From Hyaloraphidium curvatum SAG 235-1 (lineage: Eukaryota; Fungi; Monoblepharomycota): DNA of 64,000 bases. Below, one piece after another: positions 50,060-63,299 of this stretch. Where the stretch lies: NCBI GenBank assembly GCA_025558095.1, contig JAIVFI010000002.1, positions 434,001-498,000 on the forward strand, given 5' to 3'. Position 1 is the first letter of the stretch, and each line of letters begins with the position of its first letter. A program made the position numbers and the translations under genes. Below the pieces are notes generated by a model that saw only the letters and a program-made list of their open reading frames with translations, did not search any database and had not been told where the DNA came from.

Positions 50060-51463
50060 TTAGTTCAATATTGTCGCTTTTTGTCCCCTCCATTGTGTTG
50101 GTGTACCTATTAGTGACTCACACCCGACGCCAGATTGCACATTTCTGGGGCTTCTTCCATCCCGACTAATGGCGAGATTCAATAGAGCGGAGCTACCAAA
50201 GGTGGTGATCACGTCACAGTTTCCAAGAACTCGCATTTCTCGGAGGGCAACTACGGCTCGGTTCATTCCCTCTGAAACATTGGCATCCACGCCTGCTTGG
50301 AATCCCAGTGCCCGAAATCTTCTTGCCGCATACTCCAAAGGGTGCATCTCAAGGATCTGTGCCATGCGACTCACAAACTTTTGCCCAATGTCAACAGCAC
50401 CATGAAGCCCAATATCGGCCACTAGAACAACCGAGGATGTACTCCATTGCTTTGCCAAGCTCCCTGTGCGTGACACAATCGCCTTCCAACAATCTGTGGA
50501 GTACAGGGTGGCTTCTTCAGCGGAGAGCCTAAGGTTGTCCATTCCCTTGTAGCGATAAGTACCACCAGGGATGTCGATTGGCACAGCCCTCAGAAACCTG
50601 ACGTGAGCCCCAAACACCGGTCGTGGGAGGGAGTCTGTGTACGCATCAGCTACCGCAGCAGAAGAGCTTGACAGTTTGAAACAAGGGCCCCTCCGAGAAG
50701 GGAGCCTGAAGGAAGGGTCAACCACGCGTGAGGAATCCGAACTGGATAATCCCCGCCATTCAAAAAGAATCACAATATCATATTGATCGGAATGGGCGAG
50801 GGTCCTGATCGCGTTCGGAAACCCCCTAGATCCAACGCATCCCATGTGGTGCCTGAATATAACATCTTTCCAGTCACTGTGAAAGGAGGTTGAATCGAAG
50901 GAACAATTCCTCAGTGGACCACTGGCAGTTCGGGGGTCGGGGTCGTGCTCAATCCTGAGCAGGAGTGTGCGGGCTGCTCCTGCAGCTGCGGCCAAGGCGC
51001 CGAACGGAATCACACTGACGTTGGTCATGCATGAAACAAAGGTTTCCCGGTCAAAAACTTGAAACAATGGTGTCGCTTCACCAGTCAGCAGCCCTGGTAA
51101 AGGGTGGCCGTTGAGCGCGCTCCAGGCATGTCTTGCATCGTGGCCAATCCACGGCTCAACAAGATCGCACGAAAGCGGGCGCAAAAAGGCTGCCAACGTT
51201 GTGAATTGCGCAGTCGCCGCACCGGTTTGCTCCCATGATTTGTGAATGGCAACCAGTAGGCGTCGTTGTTTCTCCGGGGTCCCATCGTTGGGGTTCCGAT
51301 GTTCGGTTGTCGCGAAGACGCCTTTGTCCGTCGCCAGAGACCTGGCACCGGGTAATGGCGTCCGTCGATTTACCACCAGCAAAATCAGTAGAAGAGCAAA
51401 AGCCGAGACATACAGCCCCGTTATCAAAGCGGCGGCCGCATTGCGTGTCCAACGGACAATCAT
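50060..51463 (-). CDS. Intronless type II membrane protein, O-fucosyltransferase-like (GT-B fold)
   Basis: N-terminal TM; LVEPW, PVFGAHVRF and ALREMRVLGNCDVITTFGSS resemble O-FucT family motifs; lower GC. Confidence 0.5.
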   Translation of the reverse strand: MIVRWTRNAAAALITGLYVSAFALLLILLVVNRRTPLPGARSLATDKGVFATTEHRNPNDGTPEKQRRLLVAIHKSWEQTGAATAQFTTLAAFLRPLSCDLVEPWIGHDARHAWSALNGHPLPGLLTGEATPLFQVFDRETFVSCMTNVSVIPFGALAAAAGAARTLLLRIEHDPDPRTASGPLRNCSFDSTSFHSDWKDVIFRHHMGCVGSRGFPNAIRTLAHSDQYDIVILFEWRGLSSSDSSRVVDPSFRLPSRRGPCFKLSSSSAAVADAYTDSLPRPVFGAHVRFLRAVPIDIPGGTYRYKGMDNLRLSAEEATLYSTDCWKAIVSRTGSLAKQWSTSSVVLVADIGLHGAVDIGQKFVSRMAQILEMHPLEYAARRFRALGFQAGVDANVSEGMNRAVVALREMRVLGNCDVITTFGSSALLNLAISRDGRSPRNVQSGVGCESLIGTPTQWRGQKATILN

Positions 51464-51945
51464 GTAACTGGTCGCGGGACCCCGCGTGATCAGTCAAGGC
51501 GCCAACGCAACTCTCTTTTCTCTCATTCCTTCTGCACTCCGTAGTTACAAGCAAGAACCTGAACCTTAAAACCGTCAGTCCAGAGATAGCACATATAAAG
51601 CTAAAAGAGTAACGTTATGGGTGGCCAGTATCAGTTGCCTTGCGTACTCTTTTCATTCTCGACCAACAGTGCCGACGGAACGAAGCCAGGGAACGGACGA
51701 CGACGGATGTATTTCGGAATGGTACGAAAGGCGAATATGTACAGGGGAAAGACGTAGCTAGAGGATAAAATCAGCGGAGTGCATGTTCGCGAAAAGAACG
51801 TTCAAATCAGTGCCTGCGCCGGCGCTTGGTTGTTGCAGGGACATGACGGATGGACTCTCTTTGTCTTGGCAAAGGGCAAAAGCATATTACTGGTGACTAT
51901 ATGGTTCGAGCCCAAATCCACTGGTGGAGGAGGGAGTAGACCAGT

Positions 51946-53190
51946 TTGCCTCCCAAAGACAAAAATCAAATTGGTGAAATGTGGTGCCAAGAGAGATTCC
52001 AAGAGCTCCAAGTCTCCACGCTCTACAGCGTCCTCATTGCCGCCGGCCTGCTTGGATGTGTCCTGTACGCCGCTGTTGCCTCTCCAACAGCCTCCGAGCC
52101 CGGTTTTGTTTCACTCCCCCGGAAGGCCGCTTGTTTTGCGGAAGGCAATGCGAACTATTCTCGCTGCGAGTTCCGAGAAATCTGCTACAATGCGAGGACG
52201 AACTTCTTCGTCGACGGCAATCTGCAAATGCCTATCGAGTACCCTACATCCGGTTTTCTATACGTGACGCCGAGGGAACACGTGTACGACGTGCCTTGCA
52301 GCAGATTCTCTGTCTCTCGATCCCATCCCACAAGCGAAACGATCTCGCACATTAGTAGCGCCATCCTCATATGCCCTCTCACGTCGAGCCATTATGGCCA
52401 TATTTTGATGGAGACTGTACTGCCAGCGTACAAATTGCTCGAGAAATTCAACTATAACACCGAGAACTTGACCATGGTATACAACAGTCATTGGCAACCC
52501 ATTACCGACTTGACCAGACAGTTATTGGATCTGCTTGGGCCTCGTCGCCATATTTCCATGATTGAACTTGACAAGCAACCAAATCACACTTTCTGCTTTC
52601 AAAATCTGCTTGTAGGTGCTGGCCGTAATGGATTGTTCGGCCCAGAAATTACTCCTGGGGACTTTTTGCGATTTCGCGACCATGTTGTGTTCCATGTGCT
52701 AGGGATGCAGAGCCCCCCATTCAACCGGTTCGCAATAGGAATAGTGGGGCGGCGAACCAATCGACATATGGTTAATGCCGTGGAGGTGGAGCAGGAGGTG
52801 GCCACGGCATTTCAGCATCGGGCGATCACGACAATTTACTTTGAGGACCATAGCCCACGAGAACAAGCTCTCCTTGTGAGCCGTCTTTTCGGATTAATCG
52901 GAGCCTCTGGTACCGGTATGCACAATGCTATTTGGCTTCCTGATGGCAGTTTCTACTTCGATATTGTGAACAGCCACATACATTACGCGAATGGTTACGT
53001 GTGCGCGGCGGAACTGACCCGCAAATGTAGCACTGTAAAGGGCTTTGTGGTAGCCAGTAACAGTTCACACGACCGCGGTGCGGATTACGCTGTTGACATT
53101 GGTGATTTGCGCCGCGCATTGAACGTGACCGCTGCTTGGTACAAGGATCAATGTGCGAGACATCACTTTCCACACTGCCCCCCTCCATGA
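51946..53190 (+). CDS. Intronless GT61-like glycosyltransferase
   Basis: TM anchor; HYGHILME, FCFQNLLVG, IVGRRTNRHMVNAVEV, LIGASGTGMHNAIWLPDG. Confidence 0.75.
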   Translation: MPPKDKNQIGEMWCQERFQELQVSTLYSVLIAAGLLGCVLYAAVASPTASEPGFVSLPRKAACFAEGNANYSRCEFREICYNARTNFFVDGNLQMPIEYPTSGFLYVTPREHVYDVPCSRFSVSRSHPTSETISHISSAILICPLTSSHYGHILMETVLPAYKLLEKFNYNTENLTMVYNSHWQPITDLTRQLLDLLGPRRHISMIELDKQPNHTFCFQNLLVGAGRNGLFGPEITPGDFLRFRDHVVFHVLGMQSPPFNRFAIGIVGRRTNRHMVNAVEVEQEVATAFQHRAITTIYFEDHSPREQALLVSRLFGLIGASGTGMHNAIWLPDGSFYFDIVNSHIHYANGYVCAAELTRKCSTVKGFVVASNSSHDRGADYAVDIGDLRRALNVTAAWYKDQCARHHFPHCPPP

Positions 53191-53449
53191 AGTGGTAGAG
53201 TCTTTCGTGTCTGAAAGTGCAGCTCCGCCTTACGGAGTCGTAAGCTCGTAAGCCGCCAAGCAAATTTGAACGGGACCCTTTGCAATGGCATTCAGATTGA
53301 TCAATTCTGCTTGGCTTCCTCACGCCGCAGCGTCTATGAAAATAGGCATGATCTGCTCGCTGGAGGTGAATCGTGAGGAGATCATCTCTCTTCGAAAAGG
53401 ACGCCTTTTCACCCGTCATTTCCAAGCAACGCCGCTGACCACCTTTCCT

Positions 53450-53680
53450 TCATCTCGGCGGAGACACGAGGGCCAGAAGATCTTTCAGCAGGTGGTGGGT
53501 CCTGACTTGGCCTGGCGCCGGGTGCTCGTCTTCACCGGCTACAAGGCGCGCGACCCCCACGACGAGGCCGTTGCTCAGCTGGCCGCCGCCGACAGGGTGC
53601 CCGGCGTGCAGGTGCTCGGCGGCTACCGAGACGCGTACACGAGCCTGCGCGCCGTGAAGCCGCTCCGGAGCATGTCTGGC
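53450..53680 (+). pseudogene. GC-rich fragment resembling a GT31 (galactosyltransferase) N-terminal segment
   Basis: RRVLVFTG...VQVLGGYRDAYTSLRAVK resembles the GT31 FvvG...D.Y.nL..K motif; abrupt high-GC patch inside lower-GC sequence. Confidence 0.35.
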
Positions 53681-53831
53681 TCGGCCTGTAGAGAAGATCA
53701 ACATATCAGGCCATTACAAGTTACGACTCGTCTGTTGTTGAAGGTGTACATTGTAGAGCCGACAACGGGAGTCCGCCGTCGGGGTTGGTGAGACATCGGC
53801 GAGCCTTGCCGTTCGTCGTCCACGAATGAGT

Positions 53832-54773
53832 TTACCTTCCCAACCCTTCGCGATCCGTGCCCAGGTCCTCGACTTCCGCCACTGCCTTCAGGAAATCGTC
53901 CCAGGGTACGTTTGGACAGTGATCAAGCCAGAATCCGATCCTTGCCCCTTCCGGGGATACAAGACTATACTCAGCACCGCCATACCCACCCCATATGTTA
54001 AGTTCTTTATGAAAGATGCGAAAGCCGCACATCTCAAAAGCCTCGAATAACTTTTGCAACCTCGAGAATGTGCTTTGTCCGTGAACCTCTATCAAGATCT
54101 GTGTAACGGGCAATGCAGTTGTATGGGAAGGAGACCTGGCGCATTTTCGAAAAAAATCCAGGAAACCTGACTGATGCTCACAGCCTTCACAATCGATCTT
54201 GAGCACATCAAGGCGCGGCCGCGACGTATGATTCAAAGACGAAATGATGCTCTCCACGCTTTGGTTGCCCCAAAAAAGTGGGTGAAATGAAACTCCCAGC
54301 GGTTCTGCCCGTTGGCGTGACGTTTCAAGATCTGTGGTAGGATCAAATGTGTGGATCTCGCAGTCCTGACCATGCTTCCGCACAGATGCTTCGAATGTGA
54401 AGTCGTAGTTGGAACCGACACTATAGACAAGGCAAGGCTCCCCGGGCCTCGCAAGCGCCCGGAAGCAAGTCCACTTTCCGCCATCCCCGATGGGCCGGCC
54501 TATACGTCGTTCGATCCCGCAGGTCCAATCAGGTTCCCATGGATCATACAGCTCTTTGTCAGAGAGTTTCCTTGTGCTGTACTGTTCGACTGCATCACGA
54601 CGAAGCAGACGTTGCTCAGCAGACTCGGCTTCCCTGGCCACGAGGATCCTCGCGCATCCGAGCCCAGCGGAAGGGCCAGACTTCACGAAGTACCCCTTCC
54701 GAGCAGCGGGAGAGAGAAGTGCGACAACCAATAGACCGAAGAGTAAGGAGTAAAGCAGGGTCTTGTTCATCAT
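53832..54773 (-). CDS. Intronless Methyltransf_22 / METTL24-like SAM-dependent methyltransferase with N-terminal anchor
   Basis: WEPDWTC..RIG..GDGGKWTC, CLVYSVGSNYDFTFE, CEIHTFDPT, LDVLKIDCEGCE, QILIEVH, GFRIFHKELN. Confidence 0.85.
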   Translation of the reverse strand: MMNKTLLYSLLFGLLVVALLSPAARKGYFVKSGPSAGLGCARILVAREAESAEQRLLRRDAVEQYSTRKLSDKELYDPWEPDWTCGIERRIGRPIGDGGKWTCFRALARPGEPCLVYSVGSNYDFTFEASVRKHGQDCEIHTFDPTTDLETSRQRAEPLGVSFHPLFWGNQSVESIISSLNHTSRPRLDVLKIDCEGCEHQSGFLDFFRKCARSPSHTTALPVTQILIEVHGQSTFSRLQKLFEAFEMCGFRIFHKELNIWGGYGGAEYSLVSPEGARIGFWLDHCPNVPWDDFLKAVAEVEDLGTDREGLGR

Positions 54774-55356
54774 CGATCTGGCTCGGCCGGCCTTGCAGTG
54801 GTAGTGTTGTCACCGGCTCGGACGTGACGAACGTGATGAACGGCCGGCGCGCGTGCAATGAGAGAGGCGCGCGGCCGCGACATCATCCATTTCCTCTCCC
54901 TCCTCCACACCAGACCAGCCCTGTCCAACAAAAGTTATTGGAGCCGCGACATTTTGATACGATAAAGTACTGGCACCTGATTACCTTCAAGCCGCTCCGC
55001 CACCGCAGATAGCTTCACATCTGCAAAAGGTTATGTCTAGCTACTGGAACACCTCGGTGGAATCTTGTTCCTGGGCAAGAAGTGCTGAAGTTGCAACGAA
55101 CGCAAGCTCATGGACGTCACCGGGGACAGTCCTTCCGAGAGCAAGGGCGCCTGAGTCAGTGATCAATCTGTACACTGCGCGCGCGAGTACGACGACGAGA
55201 AAACGGAAGCAGGCTCGGATCGATTCCTGCTGGACCCAGAAGCCGGCCGCGCTCGGAATTCGTAACTCCAGATCGGCGGGCCCCTTGGGGGTCAGGGATC
55301 GGGCGTGCGCGACGGCCAAGGAAGATATTTGCAGGGCCTGAACATTGAGATCCCCT

Positions 55357-57205
55357 TTACAGCGCTGCCCTACCAAGAAAAGCCTTCAAATCAAACACCT
55401 CCGCGCCGGGCACCTTGGCCACGGCCCCCCGTTCGGTTATGATGGCGGTGATGAGGCCCGCCGGCGTGACGTCAAAGGCCGGGTTCCACACGCCGATCCC
55501 TTCGGCCGCGATCCTGACGGTGCAGGTCGTGACCCCGGCCTTGACGTCGTCATCAGCGCCGTCGGCCCTCGAGGGCTGCGAGTGCTGCCCGTTCACAAGG
55601 CCCTCGAACCCTTCCAGGGCATGCGAAACAACGTGCCCGATCCTGTCAATGAAGGATTCGATGATTGGCGAGGCCGGATTTCCGTTGCGCTCTCCATCAG
55701 CCCCATCTGTCTCCAATCGATCGGGCCGTGGTTCACACTCCGTGCTCAGATCTTCCCCTTCGTCCGTTTGGGGTTCGTTGTCGCGCCTCTGGATGATGCT
55801 GCCCGACCTGACGAGATCCGCACCGGAATGCTCGCTGCCCTTTGGGCTGCCACTCCTGCTACCCCCGGTGTGAATATCCTCCACCAGAGGTGGCGGCGGC
55901 TCCTTCATTCCCGCCTCGTCGTCCACGGTTTTGCCGCGAATCAACGTGACCTCCACGCCGGGCCGTTGTTCCACGACGATGCCGGAGCCCGAAGCTGTTT
56001 CCAAATCGACACTGGTAGTCGGCGCTGCCACCAGGAACGGGACCCCGTGGTACTTGGCGCTGATGGCCAGCTGATAGGTCCCGATTTTGTTTGCCGTGTC
56101 GCCGTTTGCCGCGACGCGATCGGCGCCCACGATGATTGCCGAGAGCGAGCGGGTCGCCAGAAGCCACGAAACCATGGAGTCCGTGATGAGGGTCGCCGGA
56201 ATTCCCTCGTGGACGAGTTCGTAGGCCGTGAGCCGACCTCCCTGATTGTAGGGCCTTGCGAGGAGCCACTCAGAGGCGCTTGACCACCAACCGCGAGCCA
56301 AATCTTACCTCGTCTCTGTGCAATAGCAGTGGGCCAACTTCCCCGAGGCATGAAGGTCCCGAATGACGCCCAACGCGGTCCCCTGGAAGCAAGTTAGACG
56401 CCGTCGATCAACCTCGGCAGAATCTGGGAGACGCTCACCCAGCCTGCGGTGGCCAAGCTCCCGGTGTTGCAGTGAGTCAGTACGGCGGCGTTTGCGAGCT
56501 GCCTTTTCCCTTCCACACCCTTGGCAGCGGCCTCTGCCGACCCGTCAAGGATGTAGTCTGCCCCGCAACGTCCGATTGCGCGATTATCCGCGATGTCCTG
56601 GGCGAGCATAGACTCGGCTTGCGCCAGGTACAGCTTCAGCAAGGCATCTCCCGCCGGCGTGATCCCGCCTGGGCAGGCATCACCCGCGGAAGCTGGCTTG
56701 AGGTCCCGGGACGCTGACACAACGGCGTTCCAAAGCTTCCCTGCGGCATCCGAAAGGTTCACCGCCGTCGGCCGCGAGGTCTTGAGGTACTCCAGCCGCG
56801 AAGAGATGTAGTCGAGGATCTGAGGCGCGTCCACGCTTTCCGCCGCCTCGCCGTCAGCATCTCCCTCAGCAGATTGGTAGAAGCGCTGCCAGATCTCCAC
56901 GGCCAACGAAAGTGCGCCGACAATCGCGATAGCGGGAGCACCTGTCGGACGTATTCCTGCCGTTAGTCAAGAGCCACAATTCCCGCCTACGCGGAGAAGG
57001 AAAGGCTGCGGGCAATCAAGTGCATTGCCGAATGATGCTCACCGCGGACCTTCATCGTCCGGATGGCGGCGTGGCCCTCCTCGCAGTCCGCCACATCCTC
57101 GTAAACCTCCTCCCATGGCAATAGAAGCTGGTTCAGGATCTGCAGTCGGCCCCTCTGGTACTTTATTGCTTCCAAAGTCGAAGAAGGGCGCGTCTCCGCG
57201 GCCAT
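55357..57205 (-). CDS. MRI1: Methylthioribose-1-phosphate isomerase, multi-exon
   Basis: [74 protein letters not shown]. Confidence 0.95.
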
Positions 57206-57304
57206 CGTCGCGCAACAGTCTATTGATTTGGGTCGCGTGTTCTAAAGCTGCCTTAAAAAAAGGCGAAATGGACAAACTTGCCCAAACGCCGGGCCGTCGC
57301 GTGA

Positions 57305-60232
57305 TCACCAGACGTCTTCCTGGTAGTGCCCTTTCGCCTTCAGCTCCTTGAACCACTCGCGGCCCGCCTCCTCACTCGCTCGACCACCATGCTCAACCGC
57401 AAGCATGATGATGGCATGTTCCACGTCCTTGGCCATGTGCTTCGCCTCGCTGGCGCGATCCGTCAAGGTCAAGCAACGGCCCGATTCCGCCAAAAATCGC
57501 AACACCCACCCGCACACGTATAGGTTCCCTGAAAGATCGTTCAGGATCTTCCACACTCGCTCGCCGTGCTCCTTTATCCGGTGCTGCACGTAAACTTTTG
57601 CCTTTGTTTCCCGAGAAAAGGCGGTCACGAGCTGCCAGTCAAATGCCCGGGGCTTCCCGGGGACCGGTCCACCCGCCGCCGCCTCTGCCGCCCGCCAACC
57701 GTCGACCTTGCGCGTGATGTCCTCCCATTCGTCCCGGTACAAAAAATCCTCGTCCGAACGTCGGCATCCGAAGAAAAGGAGCGTCGGTCCCACCTCGAGA
57801 CCTGCAGGGCGCGGAACGGGTGAGCCTTTGAGTCGGACGTCGACGGCGCACCTGCTTACCGTGCTCCGCATCGTAGACCCTGTCGCGCACAAAACCCCGG
57901 AACGGTGCCACGCCCGTCCCCGGGCCGACCATAACTACAGGCACCCTGGGATCCTTTGGCAGCTTGAAGGCCGAATGGCGGATGTACATGGGAAGGTGGA
58001 ACTTTGGGATCGCGTAATGCGTGCCCTGTTCCGCCTCCGAGACGACGCCGATACCCGGATCGCCGTAGCGGTCGTTCAGGTCCTCCTGGAGCCGCTGCAA
58101 CCAACCCGTCGCCAGCCCCGTCTTGATGATGACCTTTTTGGACGCGGTGCCGCCGTCCTTTGCCCGGATTTTCTGGTGGATGGCGTAGCGAGTGACCACG
58201 GCCGTGATGCCGACGCTCTGGGGCTCCATTTTCGACGACGTTGAGATGGAGTAGTATCTGATGCCGATCCTCCCGAGTATCTCGGCCAGCAGGACGCCCG
58301 GAGGCAGCTCCACCGACGAGAACTCCTCGAGCATCTCCCGCGCCGACTTTTGGCCGCTCTCGATCCAGTCGTTGTACTGGTCACGCTCGGTAGCGAGCTG
58401 CCACAGCCGCTGCTTCTCCTCGTCGTCCTTGGCGTATTTTGCAATAATCTGGCGGTGCAGAAGGATTGGGTATTACAAGCCACGAAGATCAGGCGCGGAA
58501 TCAAGGCTATGGCGTCCAAAAGACTCGCACCTCCAGGTGGTACTGCTTCAGGGGGTCCCGAAGGTCGCAGTAGAACGCGAGGGCGGTGCGCCAGGTGCAG
58601 GGCGTCGGGAAGGGCGGCTTGCTGTTGGGATCCGCCCCCTTGAGGTCGATGGATGCGTCGAGGTCCGAGTCGGAGAGCCCGAGCCTCGTGGCGACCTTGG
58701 CAACCTCCTCGGGATCGTTCTCGGGCCACACGCCGACGTGGTCTCCGGTCTCGTACTTGATCCCCGTGCCTTTGGGAATGTCGAGCTCGATATGCAGGCA
58801 CTGCCGCTCCAGCTTGAGCTCCAGCGCGCCGGAACCCGGTTGGGCGGCCGCCAGCATGGCGCCCTTGGCGTGGCCGTTGGGGTGCCCGTTCTGCGGCGCC
58901 GAGCCCCCTGTCCATGCGCGGACGTAGCGTTTCGCGGGGCGGATCTCGGAAAAGTCGAGGTGCTTTTGCTCGGCCTCTGCGAACCTGCGGCCAGGTTGAG
59001 CGGGAGAAGCATCTCGATTACCGTGCCCTCACGTGTAAGAGTCCAGGCAGTCCTTGAACAGCGTGTGTGCCTCCGTAACGGGCGAGTAGTACGGGTGCTT
59101 GGCGTCGAACGTGACCACCTTGCCGTCCTCGGTCCACTTGGCGACCAGCCGGCCGAATCGGCCGCCCGTCCCGCCTAGCGGCATCTCGGAGGCCAGCATC
59201 CACCGGCGCGGCACGAACGAGTTGGTGAGCTCGCCGCTGAACTTGCTGGTCTGAGCCGGCACGACGGCAAACAGCGGCACGTGCGGCTTGTCCAGGGAGG
59301 GGCCGCCCGCGGCCGCGGGATCCAGGCCAAAGTACTCGCCGATCTTGGACATGACGTCGGGCTTCCACTTCAAAAAGTCCTCCTCCAGGCTAAGCAAGAA
59401 GCGTAGCAGATAGTTCAGCTTCGTGGGGTTGCCGAAAACGAGCCGGCTCGGCGACCCACCTCCCGTCGTCGTCGCCCTCGCCCCGCTCGCCGATCCGAGT
59501 CGCACCGCCCCAGCGGAGGAACCGCTTGTCGACCAGGCGGGCCATGCCGTTAAAGTGCTCGTAGGTCTTGTTGCCCAGGCCGAACATGACGTAGGTCACG
59601 TTGGACAGCGGCTGCCCCGACGAGTCCTCGTCGTCGTCGGGCTCGTCCAGGCGGGCCAGCACGTCGGCCACCTGCACCTTGCCGCCCATGATCCACTCGA
59701 AGAACTCGACCGCATTGTCCGTCGGCTCGCCCTCGCCGTACGTGGCCAGGAACATGCCGACCAGCCAGCGCTTGTCTGCCGGCCAGCGCTCGAGCTCGGC
59801 CATGTCGTACTCCTCGGGGTCGCACACGACTGCCGGGATGGACAGGTTCGCCGAGACCTCCTTGGCCATGCGGTTGGACAGGTCCTCTGCCGTGCCGGTC
59901 TGCGAGCCGTAGAAGAAGACGACCTGGTCGTCGTGGCCCTGGGCGGGGGAGCGGGCGTCAGCGGATCGGGGGTTCCGGGGCCGGCGGCCGCCCACCCTCT
60001 CCTCGAGCATCTGCAGCAGCGACTTCTTCTTCGACTTTGCGGCGGCCAGCGGCGCCTTTGCGTCCGCCTTTGCGGGCGCCGATGCGACGGCGACGGCCGC
60101 GGGGGCCGCCTTGCGCGAGCGCGAGTAGAAGTACATTGCCGTGAGCGCGGCGACGACGAGAAGGATGGCGATGTCCGAAGTATCGAGCAGCCGCGCGGGC
60201 GGCGCCGGCTCCTCATCGCGCTGCGCGGCCAT
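57305..60232 (-). CDS. NCP1: NADPH-cytochrome P450 reductase, multi-exon
   Basis: N-terminal TM; FYGSQTGTAED, ATYGEGEPTDNA, FGLGNKTYEHFN, RYYSIS, MVGPGTGVAPFRGF, YQEDVW*. Confidence 0.96.
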
Positions 60233-60293
60233 CGCTGGACAGCGAGTGAGTGCAGCGGACGAGCGGTGACGGGTGAACGAGCGACCTACGTAG

Positions 60294-61618
<1,325 letters not shown>

Positions 61619-62068
61619 ACGTGAGGTCGGAAGGGAGATGCTGCGTCCATTGGGCGCCGTGGAGCCCGAGGTTACCCCAAGATTAGATCTGAGGCGCGAT
61701 CGAGGCCCGGTTCGCGTACTGCAGTGACATATGTAGCTTCCGAATGCGCGATTGTACTCGGAGGATTCAATTTGAGCGCGCTGAGGACAGGTAGCAAGCC
61801 ATGGTCGTAGAAGCGTCGAGGAATGCGCGTGATGCGCGACGACGTTTTCTCCTCCCCCAACCCCAAGGCCCGGCCCCAAGCATCGAGGCTCGACTAAGGA
61901 AGGCATTTGAAGCTTGCGTGCTGGCTCGACACGTTCGGCTCTCGAGTTCCTCCATACATCGCTCGGCAGGACATCGGCATTTCTGCCGTGACGCGACCGG
62001 GACTTGCTCTCACGTCTCATCGCGCCTCTCGTTTCATCTCGGAAGGAGCGCGGCTCCTGCCACGGACG

Positions 62069-63256
62069 ATGACGAGAAAGAACATCAAGATTCGCGTCCC
62101 GGCTTCCACGTCCAACATCGGGCCCGGCTTTGACTCTCTCGGCCTCACGCTGTCCCTGTACCTGACCGTGGACGCATCGATCCCGCTGGATCCCCCGCCG
62201 GCCGCAAACGAGCCCGTGCGCGTGACCTACGATGGCGACAGCGCCGCAACGGTGCCGCTCGAGCCCGAACGGAACCTCGTCACAAAGACGGCGCTTTTCG
62301 TGGCACACACCTACAGCACGACCCTGCCTCCGGGCATGCTCGTCGAGATCCACAACCCGATCCCCCTGGGCAGGGGCCTCGGCTCGTCGGGAGCGGCCGT
62401 GGTTGCCGGGACGCTGCTGGCGAACGCGGCGTGCGACCTCGACCTACCCCCCGAACGGCTCCTCGACTTTTGCCTGCTCGAAGAGGGACATCCGGACAAT
62501 GTCACGGCATCGCTCATGGGAGGTTTCGTGGCAGGATACCTCCGCAAGGACCTGGAAGAGATCCTGAAGCAGGACCTGGACACGAAGGTCGCGAACGAGT
62601 ACGAAGCCGAGCTCGCCGCCGCCAACGGCTCCTCCGTTCTCCGCCCGCCGTCTCCGCGGCCGTCGACGCCGTCTTCCCAGACGCCAGCAAAGTCTTCCTC
62701 TACTTCCCCGCTTGCAAATGGCAGTGTTGCGCACATCAAGGCCGAGCTCCGTGTCCCGGTCTGCATCGGATCGTACCTTCCCTTGCCGGTGAACCCCGCC
62801 ATTCGCGCCGTAACTGTCGTGCCCGACTTTGAGGTGCAGACCAAGCTCGCGCGCTCGGTGTTGCCTCCGCACTACACCCGACCCGACGTGGTGTTCAACC
62901 TGCAGCGCCTCGCCATCCTCACGCACGCACTCGGCCGCGACCACCTGGACCCGGTGCTCATCTCAGAATGCATGCAGGACAAGGTCCACCAGATGTACCG
63001 CCAGCATCTCGTTCCGGGGCTGCCGCAGATCCTGCAGCTGACCCCGCAGAACTGCCCGGGCCTCCTGGGCATCTGTGTCTCTGGTGCCGGACCGACGGTG
63101 CTCGCGCTGGCGGACCGCAACTTTGAGGAGATAGGTGCCTTGGTCAAGGGCATTTGGGACAAGGAAACGACCGGGGACGGCCATCCGATTGAATCGAAGG
63201 TCTGGATTCTCGACATAGTAAAGGATGCAGCGGTGTGCGAGACCGCCATCGCATAG
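62069..63256 (+). CDS. THR1: Homoserine kinase
   Basis: IRVPASTSNIGPGFDSLG, NPIPLGRGLGSSGAA, EGHPDNV, MQDKVHQMYR, SGAGPTVLAL. Confidence 0.96.
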   Translation: MTRKNIKIRVPASTSNIGPGFDSLGLTLSLYLTVDASIPLDPPPAANEPVRVTYDGDSAATVPLEPERNLVTKTALFVAHTYSTTLPPGMLVEIHNPIPLGRGLGSSGAAVVAGTLLANAACDLDLPPERLLDFCLLEEGHPDNVTASLMGGFVAGYLRKDLEEILKQDLDTKVANEYEAELAAANGSSVLRPPSPRPSTPSSQTPAKSSSTSPLANGSVAHIKAELRVPVCIGSYLPLPVNPAIRAVTVVPDFEVQTKLARSVLPPHYTRPDVVFNLQRLAILTHALGRDHLDPVLISECMQDKVHQMYRQHLVPGLPQILQLTPQNCPGLLGICVSGAGPTVLALADRNFEEIGALVKGIWDKETTGDGHPIESKVWILDIVKDAAVCETAIA

Positions 63257-63299
63257 ATTGCCGTGGGAACAGAAACATGTACAACCGCCAGAATAGGAA

